A stretch of DNA of 64,000 nucleotides, from positions 62,372,001-62,436,000 of the forward strand of contig OZ024747.1 in assembly GCA_964016885.1 (NCBI GenBank), in the 5' to 3' direction. This document shows positions 13,255-26,619 of the stretch, piece after piece. Every line of letters starts with the position of its first letter. Position 1 is the stretch's first letter. Position numbers and translations under genes: made by a program. Origin of the DNA: Eledone cirrhosa. Its lineage: Eukaryota. The notes under the pieces were generated by a model, which worked only from the letters and a program-made list of their open reading frames with translations, was not told where the DNA came from and made no database searches.

Positions 13255-13611
13255 CTGTATATATATATATACACACACACACTTTCTTTCCACTTTATAT
13301 ATATATATAATATATATATATATCTGTGTGTCTGTGTATATATATATATATGTGTGTACAGTAATAAATCTAATGATTTACTCTCCATGCATTCCATCAT
13401 GTTTATTTGACATTTTTGCATATAATAATTTCATTGAAATACATTATATATATTAAATTTAAATTTATGGACTGGTAACGGAAACACTGGGAAATATATC
13501 AGCTTGAAATATTTATTATAGCTTGAATTTGCCTACTTGTTTATAAACTCTGTATGCATGTATGTATGAATACATACCTAGAATACCTCTTCGTGTATAC
13601 ACGCACACATG

Positions 13612-13651
<40 letters not shown>

Positions 13652-15000
13652 TACACATATATTTATATATATATATAAATATATATATATATTAATTAAA
13701 ATAACAGATTAAAGTTTAAGCAAAGAATCGCTGCTTTCACCCTTAACGGGATCTTCTGAAACTAAAAAGTCAATTTGTGAAAGCAGAAGTAAATATTTGA
13801 TATATATTTATCCTTATCGAGCGCTCTTTGGATTTTAGTCTTCAAATTTATTATTATTACTATATATATATATATATATATAAATCTAAGTTTATCCAGT
13901 TTGATATCGATGAATATTACTCATCGATATCACCTGAAACTTTGAATAGAGCCATTAAGTTTATAAGGATAACTCTGACCTTACAAACGATGAAATTAAG
14001 ATTATATTAGAAGCTAGGAAAACTATAGTCAAATTTGATAACAGTTATTGGGTACGTAAAGATAGACCCTCTAACTTTGACATAACAATGGGCTCTAACG
14101 ATTCGGCGGAAATAACTGATATTGTGGGGTTAGACTCCAGGAAAAATTCAGTAATCTCCACAGCGGAATATACCGCGACGATGTTCTCCTCCTAGTTAAA
14201 AACCTAAATAACCAAAAACTAGAAAAACTACGCAAAGATATAAGAAAACTACTACTCGAAATAGGACTAACTATAACATATGAATACAACCTTAAAGTAG
14301 TTAACTTCCTGGATGTCACACTCAATTTAAACTCTGGTCTGATTAAACCGTTTCATAAATTGAATGAAAATCTCAAATACGTAAATGTTGGGTCTAACCA
14401 CCCCATCTCTATAATTAAATCTATCCCTAAAAATATTTCCCTTAGAATCTCGGGTCTATCTTCTAACATACAAGTATTTAAGGAACACGCCGAGCACTAC
14501 GATAACGCCCTTAGTAAAGCAGGCTACCTCAACAAAATAGAGTATATAGATGGGAACAATCAAAACACCCAAAATAAATCCCACATAGGTAGATATAATA
14601 ACACAACACCAAACCACACTTACTACCATAGTATGCACACCAGTAAACCAACAAACAAAACTAATAGAAAGCGATGCAAAGAGTACTTATGGTATAACCT
14701 CGAATACAATAGTTCCATTAGTACAAATTTACCAGTACTCTTCTTTAAAATAATTAAGAGACATTTTCCTACATCACACAAATACCACAAAATCCTAAAC
14801 CCTACCACTATAAGACTGTCATACTCTACAGCGTTAAACCTTGAACAACACATAAAAAAGATCAATACTAGAAGGTTAAACGAAAACACTAAAAACTTAA
14901 GTACAAAGAACACAAAAAAACAGTAGACAATACACTACAGAACATAAATAAACCACACCTAAGTTCGTCCACAATACTACTCCAGAGAAAACCCAACGTA

Positions 15001-15438
15001 CACAACTGTAACTGCACCTATCCTGACAACTGCCCCCTCGGCAATAACTGCCTGGAAAAAAATATTATTTATAAGTGTACCATTAAATCCGGAGGCAACG
15101 AGTGGTATTACGTGGGATCAACGGCAACATCGTTCAAATCTCGATTATATAGGCATTCTTACTCAATAAAACACCAGAGCCAAAGAAATGTAACAACTTT
15201 AGCAGAGAAAGCTTGGACGCTCAGGGATAGCGATCAAAAGTTTACCCTAAAATGGGAGAAATTAGCTAAAACCCAAAGCTTTTCCAGAAGCCAAACTTTC
15301 TGCAAATTGTGTAATCTTGAGATTTATTACATAATCACACACAAGAAGAAATTGCTGAATAACAGAATTGAACGAACATTATTCTGCCGTCACCGAACTA
15401 AAACCCTTTTTTCCCACTACAAGCCGAATATTACATAA
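15001..15438 (+). pseudogene. GIY-YIG endonuclease domain of Penelope-like element
   Basis: IIY/YVG motif pair, catalytic R and E, Cys-rich flanking motifs; upstream RT region is disrupted. Confidence 0.88.
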
Positions 15439-15722
15439 AAGAGGGACATCCCCCCAACTATATAAACCTCAATCTAGTTAGAAAAATATAAAAACAATCT
15501 CTTCTCAACATATATATATATGTATATTAATAACCTCAAATTACCACACTAATAATGGAAAGATATGCTGATGAGAATAGGTGCAAATATGCTATAATGA
15601 ATGTGTCTAAAAGCGACCATAAGTATGTATATATATGTGAAAATGTATATAAATAAGTAAAGATATATATATATATGTTTGATGTGTATAGTTAGATGTA
15701 AGTGTATTCATGTATTAAAGTG

Positions 15723-15790
<68 letters not shown>

Positions 15791-16364
15791 TATATGTATA
15801 TATATATATATATAAATATATATGTATATATATATATATATATATATACACATAGACTAGAGTATGTATGTATATATATGTGTGTCTATACGTGTGTATA
15901 TAAAGATAAGTTGAGTATGAAAATGTATACACATGAACGCGTATGTATGTACATGAATACATGTGTGTATATATATATGTATGCATGTGTATATGTATGT
16001 AAGTATGAACATATTACTATGTGAATGTGAGTATATGTATTTTGTAGAGGTGTGCAAATATGTTTGTGTGTGAATGCGTGGGCGAAAGGATACGTACACT
16101 TGAAAGAAAAATTTAAGTCTGAATGTTAATTAAGTGCAAACACAAAACCAACCACGCGAATCTTTACTATCTCTAATCCTTCTATAGATTTAGAAAAATA
16201 ACCAATAATATATTCTATAAAAAATGTCAAAACAACAGATGGGAATCTAATTACTCACTGCCACCAAAAATTCTCACTGCTATCAAAAAACCACTCCCTC
16301 AACTATTCTTCTAACAACTTCACCCCTCCCTCCTAATATTCTCTATAAAAACCAAACAGTAATA

Positions 16365-16485
16365 TTATTCTGATGAAATGACAGTAGATAATAACATTGA
16401 AATATTGAATGTCTGCATAACTAATACTTTGTAGATAGCAGCTGTTTTTAGGTTATGTAACTGTTATAGAAACACGTGTCAATAA
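16365..16485 (+). ncRNA. Type I hammerhead ribozyme with long stem-II insertion (PLE pLTR)
   Basis: TTATT-CTGATGA-A-ATGACAG...~75 nt...CTGTTAT-A-GAAA-CACGTG-TC-AATAA; canonical GUC site at 16478-16480. Confidence 0.75.
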
Positions 16486-16517
16486 ATTCCTTTCAACTAA
16501 ACTGTATCCATTCAAAT

Positions 16518-16586
<69 letters not shown>

Positions 16587-16627
16587 CGAAACATAAGTCA
16601 ATTGCATGAACTCATAATCCTTTATTT

Positions 16628-16685
16628 ACTGCTATATATATATTTCGATGATAATCATTGAATGGCTATGACCTCATCAGGCAGT
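16628..16685 (-). ncRNA. Type I hammerhead ribozyme
   Basis: Minus strand ACTGC-CTGATGA-GGTCATAGCCAT(TCA)ATGATTATCATC-GAAA-(TA)n-GCAGT. Confidence 0.7.
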
Positions 16686-16866
16686 TAGTCAGTTCTTAGA
16701 TATGCCAGCTCTGTGTTTATAGTGTTGATGGTATCAGAGCCTTGGGACATATGAGCTTGTTAGGAATAATTTAATGTTGTCACCAGAAATAGTCTTGATT
16801 CTCATTGGTCAGTTTGTACTATAATATAATATATATTATATTATATTATATTATATTATATTATAT

Positions 16867-16898
<32 letters not shown>

Positions 16899-17302
16899 AA
16901 TATAATATATATAATATATATACAATATATATATATATATAATACATATATAATATATATATATAATATATATATAATAGATATATAATATATATATATA
17001 TAATAGATATATAATATATATATATATAATATATATATAATATATATATATAATAGATATATAATATATATGTATATATATAATAGATATATAATATATA
17101 TGTAAATATATAAATATATATATTTATATAATATATATATATATAATATAAATATATATAATATGTATAATATATATATATATATGTAAATATATATAAT
17201 ATATATATATACATAATATATATATATATAGCATATATATAATATACATATATATATGCTATATATATATATAAATAAATAAATAAATATATATATATAT
17301 AT

Positions 17303-17495
17303 ATAGGAACCAGTAAGACCCCGACAGCTGAGCTCAAGCCGTTTCGACGGCTAATTCTGGTCCAGAATTAGCCGTCGAAACGGCTTGAGCTCAGCTGTCG
17401 GGGTCTTACTGGTTTCTATTACCCACTCTACTACCTCAAGTATTGAGTACTTTGGTGCGTTATGGTCCACCTGGTTCCTTACCACATTTCCTTCG

Positions 17496-17497
<2 letters not shown>
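17303..17497. mobile_element. Short element with near-perfect 117-bp palindrome (17303-17419) embedded in (TA)n
   Basis: 58-bp arms around T17361 with one mismatch; homologous to 11231-11386. Confidence 0.75.
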
Positions 17498-17536
<39 letters not shown>

Positions 17537-18436
17537 CGCACACATATATACATGCACATTTATACACACAAACACACACACACACATATATATATATTAA
17601 CGGCGATGTATAATCATAAATATAAGCAGGCAATCATAAACTGAATGAACACTCAATATTTTTCTAACATAAAACTGTTTAATAGTTATTTGAACATCCT
17701 CCGTAAAAACGACTCCAGCCTAGTGTTTAATTGCGTCAACCGTCTGCTAAGAGTGTTTCGATATAAATATGTATAGATCGCTATAACCATACCCTCTAAA
17801 CTGCGTGTATGGTGTATGCACTGTTACGCAGTTTACGAATTGGTGCGGCCATTTGTAATTGTTACCACTGCTTAAGAATGTGCATACAGCGCAGTCATTT
17901 TGAATTAAAATATATTTGCTTGCCTTAAAGCATTAACATTTCCCACTCAGTTGTTAGGAAAGAAATTGAGAAAGAACTTATGTCTAGGATGTGTATAATA
18001 TATATCTTGATTCACTTTCTTAAGAAAAACATTTCTGAAAAATGTCTAGTATATCATTAACGAAAAGTAATAACAGATAAAGACCCCCATGGAGTTATGA
18101 ACTAACGAGCTTCTCTGTGTGAAGCTGATGACATATCCACAACACAATGGAACCACGTTAAGTTAATATATTCATCAATTTTGTAGTCGATATCTAATAC
18201 GAAGGACATTAGGTATGTTAGACTATTTAGAAAGTTTATTCTTTTGTAAGAGGGGAGAGAAAAGTAATAATGGAGTGAATGGAGATATCTTGTACTTTTT
18301 ATTAGGTTGTCAAGTATGAAATTTGTAGAAATTTGTTCTTTTTTCTCCAGAATTCTTCAAATTTCATACTTGATGACCCAATACATGTTACCAGTAGCTA
18401 ACATGTATGAAATAGAGTATAGAGTCAACGTTAGGG

Positions 18437-19800
18437 AGGTTACCACTGCAGGAGGGGTGGAGGTATCCCTCGTCTGTCATTACCCACAGGTTTACCACTG
18501 CAGGAGGGGTGGAGGTATCCCTCGTCTATCATTACCCACAGGTTTACCACTGCAGGAGGGGTGAGGTATCCCTCGTCTGTCATTACCCACAGGTTTACCA
18601 CTGCAGGAGGGGTGGAGGTATCCCTCGTCTGTCATTACCCACAGGTTTACCACTGCAGGAGGGGTGGAGGTATCCCTCGTCTGTCATTACCCACAGGTTT
18701 ACTACTGTAGGAGGGGGTGGAGGTATCCCTCGTCTGTCATTACCCACAGGTTTACTACTGTAGGAGGGGGTGGAGGTATCCCTCGTCTGTCATTACCCAC
18801 AGGTTTACTACTGTAGGAGGGGGTGGAGGTATCCCTCGTCTGTCATTACCCACAGGTTTACTACTGTAGGAGGGGGTGGAGGTATCCCTCGTCTGTCATT
18901 ACCCACAGGTTTACCACTGCAGGAGGGGTGGAGGTATCCCTCGTCTGTCATTACCCACAGGTTTACCACTGCAGGTGGGGTGGAGGTATCCCTCGTCTGT
19001 CATTACCCACAGGTTTACTACTGTAGGAGGGGGTGGAGGTATCCCTCGTCTGTCATTACCCACAGGTTTACCACTGCAGGAGGGGTGGAGGTATCCCTCG
19101 TCTGTCATTACCCACAGGTTTACCACTGCAGGTGGGGTGGAGGTATCCCTCGTCTGTCATTACCCACAGGTTTACCACTGCAGGTGGGGTGGAGGTATCC
19201 CTCGTCTGTCATTACCCACAGGTTTACTACTGTAGGAGGGGGTGGAGGTATCCCTCGTCTGTCATTACCCACAGGTTTACCACTGCAGGAGGGGTGGAGG
19301 TATCCCTCGTCTATCAGTAAATTACCCACAGTTTACCACAGCAGGAATGGAGGTATCCTACGCCAGTCAGTACATTACCCACAGTTTACCACTGCAGGAA
19401 GTGGAGGTATCCCTCGTCTGTCAATACCCACAGTTACCACTGCAGGAGAGGTGGAGGTATCCCTCGACAGTCAGTACATTACGCACAGTTTATACCACTG
19501 TAGGAAGGGGTATGCCTCGTCTGTCAGTACATTACTCACAGTTACCACTGCAGGAGGGGTGTGGCCACATCACTCAAGTCAAGTCAGTACACCTACCCAC
19601 AGTTTACCATTGCAGGAGGGGTGAGGTACATTACTTATCATCAGTCAGTACACTTACCCACAGTTTACAACTGCAGGAGGGGTGAGGTACATTACTTATC
19701 ATCAGTCAGTACATGTACCCACAGTTTACCATTGCAGGAGGGGTGAGGTACATTACTTATCATCAGTCAGTACACCTACCCACAGTTTACCACTGCAGGG
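18437..19800. repeat. GC-rich minisatellite, 52/53-bp unit (GGAGGTATCCCTCGTCTGTCATTACCCACAGGTTTACCACTGCAGGAGGGGT), ~17 clean units then degenerate and 61-bp variants
   Basis: Unit starts at 18459 and 18511 (52 bp); terminal units at 19621/19682/19743 (61 bp). Confidence 0.95.
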
Positions 19801-20861
19801 GGGGGGGGTGTAGTCACATCACTCATCTCCAGTCAGTCCATATAGATTAAACCGAATGTTAATTTACAAAAGTTAATCTAATATGTGAGGATGTATAATC
19901 ATATACAGACTTCTGTCTAATTTTGAACTGAAAAATCCAGGTGCAACCCTATTATTGTAAAGAATTTAATCTAATATTCCAGCGTTTCTTCTTAGTTTCA
20001 TCAACTCTGTGTGATAAGTATGAATAATATTAATAGAATTGAAAAGCTATAGAATTTAGTCCCATAAGTTTGACAGTAGAATTATTTATGCATACACTAA
20101 TTATCTATATACTTTGCTGATGTGAGTTTCTGTAGAGTAAAAAAAACAAAAAAAAAAACAGAGAAAATATCTGAGATGCTTTGATGTGATAACTTTGTTG
20201 GAAATGAAACGATGTAAATGTTGCATTGAAAATGTGAGGTGTATTGCAATGAAAGTGTCACTCAAGATGGCGACGAAAAGAAAAAAAATGAATATTATGT
20301 AAATAAAGTAGATTTCAGACCAAAGAGACTAGTGAAGTTTATAAATGATGTTATTGTAGGCTACAAAAAGAGAAGAAGAAAAAATATTGAAACTTTTTTA
20401 TGCTATTACTCTTTATGGAAAAGAATTTACAAAGAAAATGATGATGACAGATTAAAATACATATTTGAGAAAGGTGTGACACAACGGAGGATCTTTTTTG
20501 ACATAAAGAGTTTGTACCACCAGTTTACGGTGATAAGATTAAACACACACTCTCTCTCTCTCACACTCACACGTACACACACACTCTCTCTCACGCACAC
20601 ACTCTCTCTCACACACACACACTCACACATACACACACACACACTCTCTCTCTCACACACACACACGCACTCTCTCACACACACACTCACACGCACATAC
20701 ACACTCTCTCTCTCACACACGTTGAAGTCGACCCATGACGACTTTACCATTTATATTGGTTTAGCACTGAATTTTCTTCACAATTGTTCACCTATTGCAG
20801 TGATTCCCAACTTTTCCATTGTCAAGGACCCATTTTATTTAAATAAAATTTCCTACGGATT

Positions 20862-22132
20862 CCTTGCTACAAAAATTAGAAAATGCTTAACCATGCACAG
20901 AATCATTCACCCTAAGGCAGATACGGATGGAATATATCTCCCTAGGAAAGAAGGAGGACGTGGGTTAATCCAGTTAGATATTGCGTTGAAAACTGCAACA
21001 ATTGGATTATCTACATATCTAAGGGAATCACATGATTGAATGATCAAACTCGCTTTGAAACACGAAAGCATCAAAAGATGCACAATTACAAAAGATGCAC
21101 AAAGATACAGTAATGGACTCCAAATTTCAGAAGTTCCATTTACTGCTGAATTGAAAAACACAGAAAAAGCAAAGCAGGTAAAAGTAACTGCAAAGAAAGA
21201 ACTGCTTCAGAAACTGACTAAGAAATGGCAAGAAAAGCCTCTGTATGGAAAATACCCAGCAACATCAATCCTGATGTTGACAAAATTTTAACCCATCAGT
21301 GGTTGGCATCCTCTGGACTGAAATCGGAGACTGAAGGACTGTTTATATCAGCACAAGATCAGTGTCTGCCAACAAAAAATTACCAAGCCAACATAATAAA
21401 AAATGGATGCAACCCATTATGCCGTGTATGTAAAAAACAACCAGAGACCATTGACCATATAATTTCAATGTGCAGGCCTATAGCTCCAACCGAATACCTA
21501 AACAGGTACAACAGAGCTGCACAATACATACATTGGATAATGTGTAAGCATTTTGACCTGCCCCATCAAAATAATTGGTGGGAGCATCAACCACCTCCCA
21601 TACTTGAAAAAGATCACATCTCAATCTTGTGGAACTTTAGCATCCAAACAGACCGAAAAATAAATGCAAATAGACCTGATATAATACTGAAGGACTTTAA
21701 AAAGAGGGTATGCCTGCTAATTGATATGTCCGTTCCAATAGACAAGAATGTATCTATAAAAACATTTGAAAAATTGAGCAAGTATAAGGACCTGGAGATA
21801 GAAATTGGAAAAATGTGGAAATTTAGAACTAAAACAATACCAGTGGTTGTAGGCGCTCTAGGAATGATACCTAAGAGGTCGTATAATGATTACTTATCGC
21901 AAATCCCAGGAAACCCGCGTATAGGAGAAATAGAAAAGATAGTACTAATGCGAACTGCCCATATACTAGGGAATATTCTGTCAATATAAGTACATCACAA
22001 GTCTAAACACCTAAAGATGCATGTGTGTGTATGTATGTTCTTTCTTGAACATGGCGGACCTTGTTGTCTCTTGAGGTCACTGGTTGTGACTTGGTGATAA
22101 CTCGTATGAACATAAAGTAAGATAAATGCAAC

Positions 22133-22135
<3 letters not shown>
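20862..22135 (+). mobile_element. R4/Dong-like retrotransposon 3' fragment (family C), ends in (TAA)n
   Basis: HPKADTDGIYLPRKEGGRGL, ETEGLFISAQDQ, CRVCKKQPETIDHIISMC, NRPDIILKD..LLIDMSVP..EKLSKYKDL. Confidence 0.9.
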
Positions 22136-22195
<60 letters not shown>

Positions 22196-22196
<1 letters not shown>

Positions 22197-23315
22197 TCTG
22201 AAATGGAATGTTGCTGAACAAAAAGAAATGGATAGGAAAACTAGGAAGCTATTGACTATCTACAACATGTTTCCCAAGAGGAGTGATGTCGATAGACTCT
22301 ACTTAAAGAGATCTGAAGGTGGAAGAGGTCTTATCAGCATAGAGGACTGTGTTCAGATAGAGAAAAACAACCTGCACAAATACGTGATTGACAGAAGGGA
22401 GCCAATGCTCAGAATTGTACTGAAGGAGAGAACAATAGACCAGGGGATGTCCAAGGAGGAAATAACAAGGAGGAAGAGCAACCTTCATGAAAAATCCCTT
22501 CATAGTACCTTCGTTGAGAAAACTGAATTTAGAGATCCACAGACATGGAATTGGTTAAAAAGAGGAGACCTTAAAAAGGCTACAGAAGGAATGCTAATGG
22601 CTGCGCAAGAGCAGACCCTCAAAACGAAGTGGGTGAAAGACCATATTTACAAGGTGGAGGCTAGCCCACTGTGTAGGATCTGTGGAGAGTAAGAGGAGAC
22701 TGTGGCTCACATTTTATCCGAGTGCAAACACCTAGCCCAGACTCACTATAAAGGCTGGAGACATGATGGGCAGGGTGATCCACTGGCACCTATGCAAAGT
22801 AAACAATTTACCACATTCTGAGAAGTGGTATGAGCATAAGCCAGAGTCGGTGATAGAAAACGATCAGGTGAAGGTGCTATGGGATTTTAGGATACAGACA
22901 GATAAGAAAATGGAACACAACAGACCTGACCTGCTGGTTTTGGACAAGGAAAAAAGATCGTGCCTGATTGTAGATGTAGCCTGCCCATTTGACACGAGAG
23001 TGCAAGAAAAGGAGAGAGAGAAAATTAATCGATACCAGGACTTAAAGTGGGAGGTAAAAAGGATTTGGAACTGCCATGAAGTCAGAGTCGTCCCGATTGT
23101 CATAGGCACACTAGGTACTATCTCAAAGAGTTTCCAAGGATGGTTAAAGAAAGTTAGTCCAGCCCCGCTTTTTGGAACACTTCAAAAGGCATGCTTGCTG
23201 GGAACAGCAAGAACCCTCCGATACGTCCTGAATATCTGTGGCTGCAGGTAGCGGCTTGATATTCATTTCAACAAACTTTCCAGTTAAATAACATCAATGA
23301 CTGAGACTCAAAGAA

Positions 23316-23316
<1 letters not shown>
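22196..23316 (+). mobile_element. R4/Dong-like retrotransposon 3' fragment (family D), flanked both sides by (TAA)n
   Basis: DVDRLYLKRSEGGRGL, TEGMLMAAQEQ, CRICGE*EETVAHILSEC, NRPDLLVLD..IVDVACP..EKINRYQDL. Confidence 0.9.
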
Positions 23317-23376
<60 letters not shown>

Positions 23377-23459
23377 GTAATAATAATGGTAATAATAATA
23401 ATCAAAAGAGAGAATGTTTATACTTAGAAAAGAATGGCTACCTAATAGTATGCATGTAG

Positions 23460-23904
23460 CAGGGGCGGTGGAATGGCGGGGACGGGACACATTTTGTCAA
23501 TTTAGTTGTAGTGATTAGTTTAGCTCTTTGCACTCTAAAATGGCCAGAAAATGCAATTTGAGTCCAAGCAGGTCATATTACATTCATATTACATTTACAG
23601 CTTTGAATAAGTATTAAGTGATTATAGCAAAATGACCAATGAAATCTGTCTCTGAATGCACATACTAGTAATTGGCAAATAGTGGTATGTGGAGAAAAAG
23701 TTGACATGACAAAAACATTTACTATGAAGGTTAACATAATACATTACACTGTTATTATCAAATATCAACCAAGATATAAAAAGAACTTTGATTTACGATA
23801 AACATAATATGTACATAAATTGATGTGTTTTGGTAGTTTGGGGAGAAAAATATAATTATTGGGACACCATGGACACCCGCTCCCCCAGTTCCACCGCCCT
23901 TCTG
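23460..23904. mobile_element. Putative old MITE
   Basis: Imperfect TIRs CAGGGGCGGTGGAA / TTCCACCGCCCTTCTG around an AT-rich interior. Confidence 0.45.
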
Positions 23905-24147
23905 TATAATATTTCCTTAATAAACAAAGTACTTGGAATTTGAACTTGCTCGCAGACACTCATTTCTATATTTCCAGATTCCTAGGTGTGCTTTGATCCC
24001 AGGAAGGCAACGGCTTACCTATCGACTATATATCGTGTATTAAGTCACATAATAACAGTGATTAACCCTCATAGTAAATGTTTTTGTCATGTCATAATTT
24101 TTTCTCCATATATCACTATTTGCCAATTGCTAGTATGTGTATGCAAA

Positions 24148-24338
24148 GGCGGTGGATTGGCAGTATCGTTAGAAGGTCGGACGCCATGCGTTGCAGCATA
24201 GAGTTACGCCCCTTTATTGTCTGAGTCCAAATCCCGCCGAGGTTAACTTTGCCTTTCATCCTTACGGGGGTCGATAAAATAAAGTACCAGTAATGCACTG
24301 AGATAATTGCTGGCCTTGTGCCAAAAGTAGAAATAATA
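24148..24338 (+). mobile_element. tRNA-derived SINE
   Basis: Full match to family consensus. Confidence 0.9.
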
Positions 24339-24523
24339 TTGCAATAGCTGTTAGTTTTTCAGTCATAAGTATTTCGTATGTTTTTTTGGCAAAGTTTGGC
24401 AAACGGGAAAAAAATATATACATATACATATACACATACATATACATATACATATATACATACATATACATATACATATACATATGTAATATAAGAATCA
24501 AAGAACTGTTCAAAACATTATTG

Positions 24524-24570
24524 TGCTTACAGCTGTTTCCTCCAAACCGAGGTTTGGATTCTTCGGAGCA
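24524..24570 (-). ncRNA. Hammerhead-like motif with variant core CCGAAGA
   Basis: Minus strand TGCT-CCGAAGA-A-TCCAAAC(CTCG)GTTTGGA-G-GAAA-CAGCTG-TA-AGCA. Confidence 0.65.
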
Positions 24571-25356
24571 ATTTATTAATGCATGGACAGTTATATGACC
24601 TCCTTTTCAGCCGAGAGACATACCAATACATATTCAAACATTGATACATATTCAAACATTGTGGGTCAACATTCATTACAGAATTTAGAGTGGCAGTACA
24701 CACTTCGAGATTACATTTATATTAATAGGTACAATAAAAAATCAAAAATATAGGTTAAAATACAACATGAAGATAAGCGGTTATATAGTGCAAATGTTAT
24801 ATGTGTGGCACGCATGTGCGTCTTGTTTATATAGTGTGGCAGAGAGATATGTGTGGTAGAGGCACTTAGGTAGGTAAATAAGAGTGTTAGGTTGGTAGAT
24901 CTGGTGGCAAATTCTTTGGCAAATTACATATATACATATAACTGCTCTGTAAATCATCTGATGTTTTTACATTGAGCTACTTAACTTACTGGTAATAAGG
25001 TAGTAATACAATACTGCCTACCACTATTTAGGGTGTGTGTAAAATACTTACAACTGCTTAAGGTTTTGTATGTACATAACCATAAATAGTATAACTAATA
25101 CTATACATATACATATACATATATACATACATATACATATATTAAATATTCAATTATTTTGTTTGACCTGTTTGGCTTGCCTCGTCTTTTTGGCTTAGGT
25201 GGTTGATGGCTTCTTGACCGCCATCTCAGTTTGTTTGGCCTTTATAACTTATGTTTATTGCTCTGGGCTTTATTTGGTTCATGGAGCGCTTGCCAGCATA
25301 ACTCGGATATTGCGTTTCGCTTTGTTTTCGACCACAGCCGAAATCGGATCTCGCTG

Positions 25357-25413
<57 letters not shown>

Positions 25414-25569
25414 CGAAGGAAGTGTATTAAGGAACCAGGAGGACCATAACGCACTAGAGTCCAGAAATAACCTTCGAAACAGGTTGAGCTCTGCCGTCGG
25501 GGTCTTGAACATTTTCCTATATATATACATATATATATATGTATATATATACACACATAATACACACGT

Positions 25570-25653
<84 letters not shown>

Positions 25654-25964
25654 ACTTATTTTTAGCTCACGATGGATTGAATGGTGAATATATTATGTTT
25701 ACCATTTAAATAAACCAGAACGTGTGGAAATATAAAGAATACATATATGGGAGCGAATAAAAAGGAACAGAGATGTTTTAATGCTATCTTCTCCCATAAA
25801 TGCAGTCTTTATACTTGCACGTTTTGATTTATTTACGATGTTAACTCAAATACAGAAACAAGCATATACATATGTATGTATGGACATGTATGTATGTATG
25901 TATGGATGTATGTATGTATGGATGTATGGATGTATGTCTATCTATCCATCCATCTATCTATGTA

Positions 25965-25999
<35 letters not shown>

Positions 26000-26123
26000 A
26001 TCTATCTATCAATCTATCTACGTGAATATACATGTATGCGTGTATTTATCTAAACACACACACACATATATATATGCATGTTTATATGTACGTATATAAA
26101 TGTATATATATAAATGTATATAT

Positions 26124-26154
<31 letters not shown>

Positions 26155-26155
26155 C

Positions 26156-26252
<97 letters not shown>

Positions 26253-26483
26253 CGCGTGTGTGTGTGTGTTTATAAATATATACATTCATATATGTAGATA
26301 AATCTACCAAAATATACGGTAGTGTCCAATCCGTATGAAGAACTCAATGTAATCCAAATATCATGAAAAGAGAAGATGAATTCAAAAAGTTTTTCGATGA
26401 AAATCACAGGAAAACAGAGTCAAGATAAATTAATAAAAACAATTAATAAAAACAAAGAAACAGTTCCTTATATTAAAAAATTC

Positions 26484-26619
26484 ATCATTTTTACGATCGT
26501 TTCTAGGATATATATGTGTGTGTTGGTATGTATATCATATAGATCTATGTAAAATTTTTTACAAACTATCAGAGGAAATATACATAGCTACACATATATA
26601 TGCTGTCTTCAGAAATGAT
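26484..26619 (-). ncRNA. Type I hammerhead ribozyme with long, microsatellite-based stem II
   Basis: Minus strand ATCATTT-CTGAAGA-CAGC-ATATATATGTGT...ACACATATATAT-CCTA-GAAA-CGATCG-TA-AAAATGAT. Confidence 0.7.

Larger units (their letters stand above)
13883..16520 (+). mobile_element. Penelope-like element, 5'-truncated, RT + GIY-YIG + 3' pLTR with hammerhead
   Basis: FIQFDIDEYYSSI, FDITMGSNDSAEI, GIYRDDVL, VNFLDVTL (PLE RT); NCNC..CPL..CL..IIYKC..YYVGST..FKSRL..H, CKLC..E, LLN.R.E..CRH (GIY-YIG); flanked by (TA)n. Confidence 0.9.

Noticed and set aside
15568-15620. CTGATGAG in PLE 3' UTR as a second hammerhead
   Set aside because: No matching GAAA-stem III-UH with stem I pairing found nearby
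18509-19746. Repetitive ORFs (up to 284 aa) in the 52-bp array
   Set aside because: Unit length is not a multiple of 3; the same peptides cycle through all frames
19630-19770. CTGATGA on minus strand in the 61-bp minisatellite units as a tandem hammerhead
   Set aside because: No GAAA box or pairing stem II follows (only GTAAAC); treated as coincidence
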